A stretch of DNA of 64,000 bases, taken from positions 1,748,335 to 1,812,334 of the forward strand of contig MU057521.1 of NCBI GenBank assembly GCA_013265495.1, written 5' to 3'. Shown piece after piece: positions 47,018 to 58,359 of this stretch; position 1 is the stretch's first letter; each line of letters begins with the position of its first letter. The position numbers and the translations under genes are program-made. This stretch comes from Vicugna vicugna (taxonomy: Eukaryota). The notes under the pieces are model-generated. The model was not told where the DNA came from, ran no database searches, and saw nothing but the letters and a program-made list of their open reading frames with translations.

Positions 47018-48959
47018 TATAAAATTTACAAGCATTGCACCCATCTGCTTTTGTCTCAGGAGCCAGATGTGTCTTGCAGACGATCACACTTAGCTTGAGT
47101 TTGGAATAAATGCATGTAACTTTGGGGTTATTAGGTATTTCTGACTTTGATTATTTTTTTAAAAGGAAAATACCCAACAGGTTAATTTACATTGAATGAA
47201 GGTAGTGAAATCAACCCTATGGTTAACAATATACATAGCTGACCTTACAGCCTTTCTATTTCGTGTTGTTATTATGAAGGATAGATAAAAGGGGACTAGT
47301 TAGAGGAGATCCCTGGAAGACTCCTCCCACAAAGCCAGGTTTGTTTCCAGTCCTCTCAGTGCCCCCTCAGTCATGTGAACAGGTTAATAGACCTCTGTTT
47401 GAACAGTGAAAATCAGGAGCTGATTGTCTCACTCTACCACTAGCAGAAAGAATGTCAGTGCAGTGGGACCCACTAGGAAATCCCACCTCCTGGCTGACTT
47501 ACTGGCCCATTACAGACTGCGGGGCCCCTGCATCCTGTGAGCCATGTGTTGAAGATGCTGTTAGTCTTCCATCTCAGGTGGACCAATTTCCCAGGTAGAA
47601 TGGTCTCCCTTCTTCCAGTCTGCCCCCAAGTGGGACCTGGCTGGTTCAGTGACAAGACATGGTAATTAGTCTTTCTTGTAGAATCGGCAATGGGCTGTCC
47701 GTCCCTTCACTGGGCCGCCAGATTGGTGGGCCCACCTTGTGTTGGTAATGTCCTCTCTTCATTCCATGTCGGGCTACTCAACACTGTGCTCCTTAAAAGC
47801 CACTAAGACTGTGGAAGAAGACTGAGCTCAGGCAGAGCTCTCTGCTCTAGACCAGAAGCAAAACCATCTCAGGATTCCTGCGCCCAGCCCCACTCACCAG
47901 CACCTTGCCCTCCTCAGTCTTCGCTCTGCTCCAGGTGGATCAGAGCAGACTTGGGAGGTTCTGGGTTTGCACACCAGTGCCTTAGTCACTACAGAAGATC
48001 TGGGATGGACCTGCGACTTCCTCAGTTCTTGAATCCCCATGGGCAGGGCTCACCTGTTGCCTTGTGTGGGACCTACCCAGACTGTCAGAGTGGGTCTGGT
48101 TCACTTCCAGAGGACTCAGCACTTCTGCCCTGAGTGTGGCCAACTAAGGCAGCGATGATGTGAGGCGCTCACCATGGGCCCCACAGCAGCTGCTTGTGCC
48201 AGGGCCCGCCACAGGGACCAGCAAGACTCATGTGGGGACCTCCCTCCTGTCCTGACTTGTGCGGCTGTTTGGGAGAAGGGGCACGGGCTCGTTGTTTTCT
48301 TAAGTCCGCCAGTCCAGCCAGTGCTTGCTCCTCAGTTTATCAGATCGTGAATTCACAATGAGCACATGCCTAATATAATGTACTGTGGAGTCAAAGGATA
48401 AAACTTTACCCCTGGGGAGCTTGGGATAAATGGGCATGTGGATGAGAAGTAGCAGGTGAGCATGTATTAAGCAGCTAAAGAGGTGGAAACGTACTAGGAG
48501 GCCTCCTTACTCTTGCATAGGGGCCTTCCAGCAGTTTCTTTTCACTTCTGCTCATCAAGATAGCATTTGATACTGTATGTAGGACAGCTTATAAGACTGT
48601 AAAGTGCTTAATATTTGAAGATCCCTGAAGCTGGAATCTCCAGAGTGAGTATGAGGGAGAAGGACATCCTCCATCTACATTTCCTCCTTCCTGCTGGGAA
48701 AGCCAGCCACCTGGGAAGGGGTTGGCGGGGTGGATGGGGAAGAGGTTGGAGCAGAAGCTTCGAAGCTCTGACAAGGCTTGCAGCCTTGCCGATAAACTCA
48801 AAGCTCCCTACTGAGGACCCTGGAAGTTGTTTGGTGTTGGATCAGCCACATGCTGCCATGTGTGTGCCCAAATCTGGCTTTCCAGAGGGCACCACGGCCA
48901 GTCTCCTGAGCCCAGACACCCAACCTGACTGACCTGGTTTCTCTTGATTGCTTTTGTCA

Positions 48960-48975
48960 CAGCACCACCTGCTGG
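48960..48975 (-). promoter_or_regulatory. CTCF-like motif
   Basis: Reverse complement CCAGCAGGTGGTGCTG; one C>T change at the core CpG relative to consensus. Confidence 0.45.
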
Positions 48976-51689
48976 TGAGATTAGATTTTGGGCGGAAATG
49001 GGCAGAATTTGTTCTTTATCTTTCTTCCACTCTTCCAGAAGAAACAAGATTTCAGTTACTTATTATTTTCCTAGACACATGACAGGGAGCAATCTCAAGC
49101 ACTATGAAGTAGGGAGAGAATCTGCATTAAACTGTATTATTATTGCACTCGTGGAAGTCTGCTTTGTAAGATGGTACAACTGATGACTTATTCCTGAGAT
49201 GGGCACTGTTCTTCCATGGGAGACTGACATGCAGACATGTCAAGGTGTAACCAGAATGATAGCATCGACCTGGGAGAGAGGAAGTCAATCTCCATAGCCA
49301 TCTAATTCTCCATTCCCCATGATGAAAAATAAATACATAAAAATCTATAATATGCTTTGTATCTACAGGACAACATCTGAGTCAGCTCATTGCTGGCACC
49401 GCCCAGTGGAGAGAAAAAGAACAATCTCCCACTTAATCCTGTTAACGCCTGTGTGAACACTCATCAGAAGGCATTCTGAATTCACCTCAACACATCAGGT
49501 GATAGAATTTCTGTAAAGTGTGGGTGTTGGGGTATCTGCCCTCCCTACCTCCCCAGGTAATGTAGCCGAAGTAATTTGTAGACAGTAAAACCTTATGTAA
49601 GTGGAAGTATTGTCATTATTGTAAATGAAGAACTAAGGATGGTCGGATGGAAAATACTTGGGAACACAGAGAAAGTACCTTTTTAAATTAAAAACTAGAG
49701 AAACATCTGTTGGAACTGTTAACAGGAGAGATGAGGTAATGGCAGAGAAAATAGGCTTGTCTCACTTCTGGCCATTGAATTTCATTTTCTTTCCATTCAC
49801 CCCCCCAAAATGCATTTTGTGCAAAGGAATTGGTGCAAACTCTGTTTCACTGTTTTGTTCGCCTGTTGTTAACTGGGCCTTATTGCTGTGTATTTGAAAG
49901 ATAGCTCTAAGGGTTGTCCCCCCACCCCGACCCTTAGCAGAATTGCAACCAGGTTCTGACTTAGTTGGCAAACTCACTGCCCTGATTGGAAGTAGGAGCT
50001 ACATCTAGTTAGCAGACAGAGCTTTGGGCTAATGATAGGAAGCAAGCTCTGTGACCACCTCACACCCACCCGAGTCACCACGTCCATTCACTCTACACAT
50101 TTGGGAGACAGCAGTGCAAAGCCGTCACTGTGTCCGGTTTTGGGTCATCTGCACGGGACTGCAAATGCAGTGGGTCTTGGTGCAATGGTGGCTGCATTGA
50201 CCTCATGAGGTCATGGTCTAAGCCAGTTAAGGGCAGACTATAGTCTCTCCGTGTTGTTCCCTCCCTTCTAGAAGTCTAACGTTGAATCCTTGACAGGAGG
50301 AAAGGGGCCAAGGGGTCCCCAAGGCTGCCTTGCGTTCTCCAGGCCACGTGGTAAAGTAGAAAGCCACACTCTCCCCTGCCCTGAATTTAAGGACGCATAA
50401 ACAAGCACTGCTTTTGTTGGGCTCTGGTTCATTAGTCCCTTCCTTTTCTTCTAAATCAGACAGAAACAGAATGTTCTATCCTGTTCAAATGTGGAACAGC
50501 AGAACACTTGGAGAATTTTCTCTCATGTGCTTATGACTAGAATTGCTCCCATTGTCATTCCTTTCTTTTTCTAAAGCTGTGGCAGTAAAACTGGCTTCAG
50601 ACTGAAGTTTCAAGTGCTTTCTAGTCATTCCTATTTCTTAGGTCTTACTCCAATAAACTGTACTTCCCCATAATTCCTAATCTTATCTACTGGAAGAGAG
50701 TTGAAATGGCAACTCAGATCATTTTCCCAAATGGTGCACCTCCAGATGTTGTCTTTCTGTGAACGCAGTTACAGGTCATTTGCTTTTCTGAGTCTTTAAG
50801 AAAACTGCTTTGCAGTTAACATTTGGAGGGTCTTAAATCAGTTTTCCACTTAATTGGAATTGCCCTGTAAGCCAGGAATAAATCTTGAACACAAAATAAA
50901 GTCACCACGGTCACAGCGGCGTGGGCAGGGGAGGGGCACTTCCAGTGACAGTGATGCCGCGTTTGCCACAGCCGATGACTTCTTTGTTCAGACTCTCCGT
51001 TTTAAACCCCGTCCCTCTTTGCCTTTGAGCTGGCTTCATAAGGCGGCCTTTGGCCACATTTTGCAGACTTTTCTGCTGGACCCTAAGAGTTGGACCCCGT
51101 GCTCCTCCCTCCGCCTCTCGCTCTCACTCAAGGCTCATCTTGGGGGCCCTCATCGTCCCCCTTTGTCCACACCGCCTTCTGGACACCTCCCTCCCACAGG
51201 ACTCAGGCACCACAAACCTGCACCGCATGCAAGCCCGACGCTGGTAGAACCTGTCGTTGGCCACCAAGTCCAGTCAGTTCTACTTCCTAAACCCTCCTGA
51301 TGGAGAAGCTGGACAATGAATAAACAACTCTTTAAAAATGAACATGATTATTTCAGATGTGAACAAAAAGTATGAAGAAAACAGAAGAGGGAAATGGAAT
51401 CAAGACTATTTGACCTAAAACCTAATTGAAAAGAAGGCAAGTTAGGATCTGGAGGAAAAGAATTTTTCAAGCAGAGGAAAGTGCAAGGACCAAGCCCTGG
51501 GAGGAGGGCGAGTGTTGGTATGTTGGGGGAGTGGCCCGTAATAGCATCCCTCTTCCTTGCCCTGGTTCCGAACCAAAGGCGAAATAAGAAATAAGGAGAA
51601 GGGGCAAAGAGGTCACCTTTACTAAAAGCTGACAGCAGAGAATGTGGTTTGTGTCACTGAGTGAGTGGGCTTCCGACTCTTTTAACCCC

Positions 51690-52520
51690 ATCCTCTGCCA
51701 GACGTACCCCCAGCCCTGCTGGGCGGAGGTAGACCTCCTCCTTGCTCTGAGCAGAGCGCCCCCTGGCGATGCAGCTGAGAACGCGGCTCCGGAGAGGGCG
51801 TGGCGAGGGCAGGGCTGCGCATGCTCAGTGTGTCTTCCCAAACTCCCGCGAGAGACCGCAGGGACCGCCCTGCGGAACGGTCCCGCGCTGCCAGTCTGGC
51901 GCCCTCCGGGGGCCGGTGTGGTTAGCGCTCCGCGACTGGGGCCGGAGGGAGTGAGACGAGGCCGCAGACGTCGGCCAAGGCCAGGGGATGCGAGACAAGG
52001 TCATGTCTCCCAGGAGGCTGGCACAAGGCAGGTCCTCACTAAATCGTTTCCTCAACCTCTCCGCCCGCCTCGGCCGTCCAGCCCCCTAACACAGCTCTGC
52101 GGCTTCACCGCGGCCTCTGGGCCCCATCCACGCATTTCCCTCGAGTCGCAGCCACGCAACAGACACACCTGGAATGTCCACCCGATGAGGGACGGAAATT
52201 CCCATCCGCCTGATTTCAAACATTTGGAAGCAGTGTCTCCGTAAGTCGTCTCCCACGGGTCACACGCGGAGCCCAGGGTTTTGATTCAGAGTCTGTGCCT
52301 GTGACTGAGGTCCGAGGAGCCCAGCGCCGTCTGTCCCTGAGTCGGGGCGGGCCAGGGTGGCTTTTGAGCAGCACGGGGACTCGGTCTTCACTGGACAGCA
52401 AGTCGCTCTTCTCCAGGCCCCTCGGGCTGAGGGGTGTGGGCGGCGGCGGGAGGAGGAAAATCACCAGAAGTGTAGGACCGTCACCCACACTCCCCGGGAT
52501 GTCAGCTCTGCCCTGGCCGG
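51690..52520. promoter_or_regulatory. Orphan CpG-island-like element downstream of PHLPP1 with promoter and insulator motifs
   Basis: High CpG density by eye. GC boxes at 51721 and 51796, CTCF match at 51755-51769, TGCGCATGCTCA at 51816-51827, TCCCGCGAGA at 51844-51853, GGAAATTCCC at 52194-52203. Confidence 0.65.
51755..51769 (-). promoter_or_regulatory. CTCF motif
   Basis: Reverse complement TCGCCAGGGGGCGCT against core consensus CCACCAGGGGGCGCT. Confidence 0.7.
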
Positions 52521-53170
52521 TGTGAGCCTCCGCTTCCTGCCTGGGCCCAGGAGACTGAGAGGACAGAGACATGCTTCTTAAGACAGGACTGGAATCCAGG
52601 CTTCCTTGGGGTGGCTTTGGACATGTGAATTCATTTATTTCCTCCTCTGTTTCTATTTTACAGTGGGTTATGACAAATAAATTCCAGTGTGCCACGTGCT
52701 ACTGCTGTGGCCATCTCTCTGACACTCAAAACCAGAACTAACTATGAATTTTGAAATGTCTGATGGTCAACAAAGTATTAATTTCCTCCCTGGATTGGTT
52801 AACATGACTTGTAAAATTCAGTTATTGGCAAGAACTGGCAGGCTGCATGGGGCACTGCGGTTTCGCTGGTCTGCAGAGACTCCTTTCTGCGTGGACAGAC
52901 TCCTTTGCTGCTTGAGCCCTGGCATTGTACAGGTAAGAGGTGGAATTATTTTCAGCTGTTTGGGTAGACTAAACAGTGGGTGCATAGCCACAGCTTCCTC
53001 TGGTTCAACTTACTAGGTAGAGTTCCTTGGACCTGGAAGAAGCGCCTGGTGAGCCGGCCACCTACCCACAGATTCCAGGCTTCACTTTCTGTTCCAGGGT
53101 GTGTTTGTGAATTGCCAAGGAACGGAAATTTTGGCCGTGGTCAGGCATTTGCTGTCTCTCTTTTTTTGAA

Positions 53171-53312
53171 CGTTTTTTATTGAAATGTAGTTGAGTTACA
53201 GTGTTGGTGTCAGGTGTACAGAAAATTGATTTGGTTATACATATATAATTTCTTTTCCGTTTCTTTTCCGTTGTGTGTTATTAATAGAAATTGACTCTAG
53301 TTCCCTATGTGT
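53171..53312 (-). mobile_element. 5'-truncated L1 3' end (artiodactyl-type) with TSD-like flanks
   Basis: ttttattgaaatgtagttgagttacagtgttg...caggtgtacag...tagttccctatgt; flanked on both sides by tctctct(t)ngaa. Confidence 0.7.
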
Positions 53313-56154
53313 ATCTCTCTTTTGAATTGCTTATTTGGCCCAGGACAGGCCATTGCCCATCCTCCAGGATCAATAAATATCAAGAAAATTACCCAAAACC
53401 AAGTGGAGACTACTGTCTGGATAATGAGCTGACTTATGCCTTTAATGAATCTCTGCCATTGTCACCACAGTGGGCAGCCCTGGGGAGCCTACTACTTTCA
53501 TGTCACTCTTCACGAGCAAAGACAAATTGGAACAGGCACCCTTTGGGGGTTTTCTCAGGGAGCAGGACTCTTCTCAGCAGATGAAATAGATGTGGCCTGA
53601 TTGAATAAGCTTCCACGAGGAGCCGTTGCAGGGCCCCGGGGGAAGGTGTGGGGGCAAAGCTGGCGCCAGAGGGACACCAGCGCCACCCGCACAAAGCCTC
53701 GTGAAGAGAGGCGATTCTGGCTTCTGCCGGCTGAGGAGGGAGAGTGGAGGACACTGTGGCCTCCCCAGGGGGTCGCGTTTAGCCCTCGGATGCGCCAGAG
53801 GAACCGGCGAGTGTGGGAAGAAAATATCAGAACTTCTCTTTTTGTTTGTTTGCATTCCTGAAAGTTGTAAGAGTTAACGTTTGTGCGCTGTTTTAAATAA
53901 GTGTCAGACACTGCTTCACCTGCGTGGTGGTCTTCATCTTGACAAGAGCACTAGGAGGTGAAGACTTAGAATTTACCCAAGATGCGGAGGCTCAGTGGAT
54001 TCCAAAGATCAGCCTGAGGTCAGGTCACTGCCAGGAGGTGTCAGAGCAGGCTGGCTGGCTCCTGAATGGTCTTTTATCACCATTGTTTAACCACGTTGTG
54101 GCTGAGACCATCTTCACCATGTGGTTCATGTACACACACACACACACGCCCCAATTTTATTTCTCACCGAGAGGTAAAAGTTCGCAGCCCTTGGGACAGA
54201 GCCCTCCGTGAATAAGAGCCCCCGCCCCGCTGCCTCTGACCCAACAGTGGGAATTTGAGCAAGTCCCTCTGGCTCTGGCCCTCCGTTTTGTAACAGGAAG
54301 GCTGTGGACACGGCGACCTTGGGTCCTTTCCAGCTCTGTCATTCACTGCTCCCAGGACAGCACTATAGTAGGAGATTAATCCCCCCTGATTAATCCTTTA
54401 ATCAAACAACAGCTTGAGTTTTCCACTGCGTTTAACTGCCTGTTTCCCTGGGAGTGCTTCAGGGATTGTCAGCACTTCGGGTAGTTTGGGACCATTTCAT
54501 ACTAGATGGATCTGATTTTGCAAAATTTAGCTTAAAAAGAAAAGGAAGAGGACTTTGGGTTTTGGGGTTTTTTGTTTTGTTTTGGTGTCTGTGGATCGCA
54601 GAATTGTGGCCTTGCTGCCTCTGGGGAGTGGGGCTGCCCTGGAGAGCATTATCTTCCTGTGGAGTGCCCTGGAGAGGGAAAGGAGGGGTTACAGCCAGAC
54701 TTCCAGGAGGTGGTCGGCAGGTTTGCAGAATATATTTGAAACACTCTCTCATTTAGGTGTTCACTCTTTTACATTTGCTTGATTGTTTAAATCACTAGAT
54801 AGGTTTAAAAATGATGATAAAAGGAAAGTATTCATTTTTAAGGAGTTGGTTCCACCTTTGCCTACACATTCTTTTCTCATTCTAAGATTTTAAATGGACA
54901 CCTCTCATCAAATGGGTAAGCTCCTTGAAGGAGAGACCTTGCCTTACTCACATCTGTACCTCAGGGTTTGCCCTGCACCTGGCACATTATACGCTTTCAA
55001 CATATTTTTATGCATAAAAGAACATGCCGACTTTGCAAAGACCTTGTGGGTTTTTTAATTGGTACCCTTCCTTTGCCGCATTGGAAATGACTAACTGTCT
55101 TTATAAAAGTGCCAGGAATGGAACAAAGCCTTCTCTCACCCCAGAAACCACAGACCCATTTTAAAATATAACCAATAATGTCTTTTTTTCTAACTATAAA
55201 ATAATGCACACACAAAAGGTAGAAAAGTTAGGAACCTTAATGAGGAAAAAAAAGATGACCTATGATTTCATTAACATGTTGCCATTGTTTGGTTGGTTTC
55301 TACCAGGTTTGGTGTCTAAGCACCACATTTTAACAATGCACATTGTGATTATGTTATATTCAATATCCTTTTTTCCCCTTATGTTTTGAGCATCTTCCAT
55401 TGTTAATAAAAATTCTTAGTAAACATTTTTAAAAGCTGGTAGTATTTTGTCAGGTGAATGTAGCATCATATGAGCAAATATATCAATAATGGTCGTCATT
55501 TGGATGGTTTCTAGCTTTTTGCCATTGTAAAGAACACTGCAGTGAACATCTTTGCCATTATCCCAATTAAAATTTATGAACAGTTGGAGCAAGAGATGGG
55601 GAACTAAGCTGTTAGTCTCTGCAGTGTAAGAGGATGTGCCTTGTTTTCCAGAGGTGGAGTAAATTCAGCCCCAGGGGTGAAAGTCGGTGAAGATTGGTGG
55701 GTTGGGGCAGTGTTGCCTGAGGGAGGACAGTGACGAGGTCAGAGCACCTGCTACAAAAGGAAAAAGTGATGTGTTTTTTTCCTTCCTGGAAAAAGAAAGG
55801 AAATTCAGTAAAGAGAAAATTCTGATACACATTTGGGCGGATTTTTTAAAGACTTAAACATCTCAGCTTTGAGAGGAGAAATCAAGATTTTACTTTTTCT
55901 CTCTATGAAGTGTTCCTTTAGTGGCTGGTGTTTGACAGCAGATTTCAGTGGCCTGGGTTGTGAATACCTAGAGACTGACATTTGTAGCTGTGATTCCATG
56001 GCAGGATTTCTAATGTCAAGACTACTTCCAGATATATGGCACTTTGCAAACCTAGGACACGTGGTGTTTGCCGTGAACCCGGTTTGGCTTATTTTTGTCC
56101 TTCAAGGACTTGACAGTCTAGTGGAGGAGAAAATCATTGAAGAAACAATAGGAG

Positions 56155-56335
56155 CAGGAGTTCTGGAGTGGACAGCCCTGAGTTCAAATCCTAGCTCTGC
56201 CTCTGACTAGCTGGGTGACGTAGGCAATTTAACCTCTCAGCACTTTAGCTACTTGGTCTGCAAACTGGGGTTCATAGTCCACAGTCATAGGACTCGGGGA
56301 GAGGGTGCAGCATCAGCACAGGCCTGGCTCATGGG
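56155..56335 (+). mobile_element. MIR SINE
   Basis: ctggagtggacagccctgagttcaaatcctagctctgcc...tagctgggtgac. Confidence 0.7.
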
Positions 56336-56899
56336 AACGACTTGATTTCAAGTGTCTCAGATGCACAGAAAAGATCAGCCACTTAGGTCAGGAGCAGAGG
56401 CAGCTTCACAGAGGGACATCTACCTCACTGGTCCTTGGGGATGTTTGGGAGGTGACTTGTGGAGAAGTGGGGTAACAGCATCCCCACCAGGGGAACTGTT
56501 GTTTCAGGAATGTGACGCTGGAGCACCAGCCAGAAGTTCAAGTTTTCTGAGCCCTGATTCTTTACTTTTGCTGAATCATTCTGCATTTGTCAGTATCTTC
56601 TTAGGTTACATTTGCCCTGCCTCTTTAAAAAAAATTATTCATCTAAGAATCATATACCATTGGAGCTTAACTAACTTTTTCTATGCAAACTGCAAAAGGA
56701 AATAATTTTCCTCTTTTTTCCTTTGATATTAGGTTGACTATTATTGTTTAAGTAGTCTAAAATAAACTGGCACACTGTTGGCAGATTGTAGTGTATTTTA
56801 TCTACTTTAAATACCATCTGTATGATGATTGCCCACTGTCTGCTGTATCCCTGCATGTGGATGTTTAATAATTGTCACAAATTCATCCCATCCAAAAAC

Positions 56900-57900
56900 A
56901 GAGCTTCTGGGCTTCTACGCCAAACGAATCCTCCCTTAGTCTTTCTCATTACAAAAATGTTACAAGTAACCATCCAGTTGCTCCAGCCGAAATCAGGAAC
57001 CATGCTTGATTCACCTTTCCCTCACCACTCCACGCAAGCTAGTTCACCGACTGAACTGTCTGTTTCATCTTGAGAATGCATCCCAAACCACCCACGTCAG
57101 TGCGTCTTCCATGCTTGTCCAAGCCACGCTCGCCTCTCATTCGGGCTTCTGTATGAGGTTCTATTGTGGTACCGCCTCCATCAATTTCCACCAGGATCAT
57201 CAGTTCAAAATATAAAAGACCAAGCCAGGCCCCAGAGGAGAAGCCTCCAGTGGACTCCATCATTCTAGAGTGACCCCAGCTCCTTGTGAGGCTGCACAGC
57301 CCGATATGGCCCAACAGCCTCCCTGCCCAGCTTTGCCACTCTCACCTTCGTGTTTACCCTCTAACCTCAGCACCAGTGACATTTTGATCCAGATAATTCT
57401 TCATCATGGGCAGTTGTCCTGTGTATTGTAGGATGTTTTGAGTCATGTCCACCCCTCCCCACTAGTTGCCAGGAGCACCCTCCCACACCATGGCAACAAA
57501 AATGTCTCCAGACATTGTCTAGTATCCCCTGGGGCACAGAGTCATCCATTGAGAGTCACCAGTCATGTCACCCTGGCTTCCTTCCCATTGCACAAGATGA
57601 ACATTCTGGTTATATCCATCAGGGTAGCTCGCCCTGCTCCTGACACTCTTCCTTAGCTGGTCTCATGTCTGCCTCCTTCTCTGTTCTGATCTCCACTTAG
57701 ATGTCACCTCTTTGACCGCCCCAAACTAAGGTGACCCCTTCAAAGTCACCCTACACTACATCACTGCATTTTAATTTCTTCATATCATTTGTCAGTATCT
57801 GAAACGAGTTTGTTTATATCTTGGTTCGTTGTTCTTTCATTAGGTTGTAAGCTTCATGAGAGTAGAAACTTGTCCATCTTCATGAGGTGTCCCAAACGTG
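56900..57900 (+). mobile_element. L2 fragment interrupted by a MER20 (~57355-57562, minus strand)
   Basis: L2-like ccatccagttgctc...cttgattcacctttccctcac...taggttgtaagcttcatgagagtag; inner MER20 gacattttg...tgtcctgtgtattgtaggatgttt...aaaaatgtctccagacattg. Confidence 0.65.
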
Positions 57901-58191
57901 ACCAAGAGTACCAAGCCCGCAGCAGGCATGTGACAGTAACTAACGTCGAGTGGATGTGAAATGACTTCCTCCTCCTTCACGGAGGTATTTGTTTAAAGGT
58001 CTGGAGTGGTGGCCTGAGGGTTTGGGGCAATTCTAGGACATGACTGTTGGAGAAGCCTAGGGAGATTTTGTTTTGACAGTATCTTCTAGCCTCAGCTTTC
58101 TTAGTCTGATGAACTAAGTGCCAGGGGCCCCATGTCGGTGACCCATGGGTCCTGTCCTCTTACTGAGAAGGTTCTAACAGAAAGGTCACTT

Positions 58192-58359
58192 CTCACAGGG
58201 AAATATACACAAAATGTTATGGTAACTCACAGAGAAAAAAATGTGACAATGAGTATGTATATGTCCATGAATGACTGAAAAATTGTGCTGAACACTGGAA
58301 TTTGACACAACATTGTAAAGTGATTATAAATCAATAAAAAATGTTAAAAAAAAAAAAAA
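58192..58359 (+). mobile_element. Young 5'-truncated L1 3' end with poly(A) tail and 13-bp TSD
   Basis: cacagggaaatatacacaaaatgttatgg...gacacaacattgtaaa...AATAAA...A15. TSD agaaaggtcactt (58179-58191) and agaaaagtcactt (58360-58372). Confidence 0.88.

Larger units (their letters stand above)
46036..47035 (+). other. PHLPP1: PHLPP1 3' UTR (approximate end)
   Basis: Repeat-free AU-rich sequence from the stop codon to AATAAA at 47012-47017, followed by a U/GU-rich tract; the cleavage site is inferred. Confidence 0.75.

Noticed and set aside
51642..52244. 200-aa ORF (and overlapping 124-aa and 159-aa ORFs) in the downstream CpG-rich region as a protein-coding gene
   Set aside because: Pro/Arg/Gly-rich composition expected from GC-rich non-coding DNA, with no recognisable family. 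Reported as a regulatory or lncRNA candidate instead.
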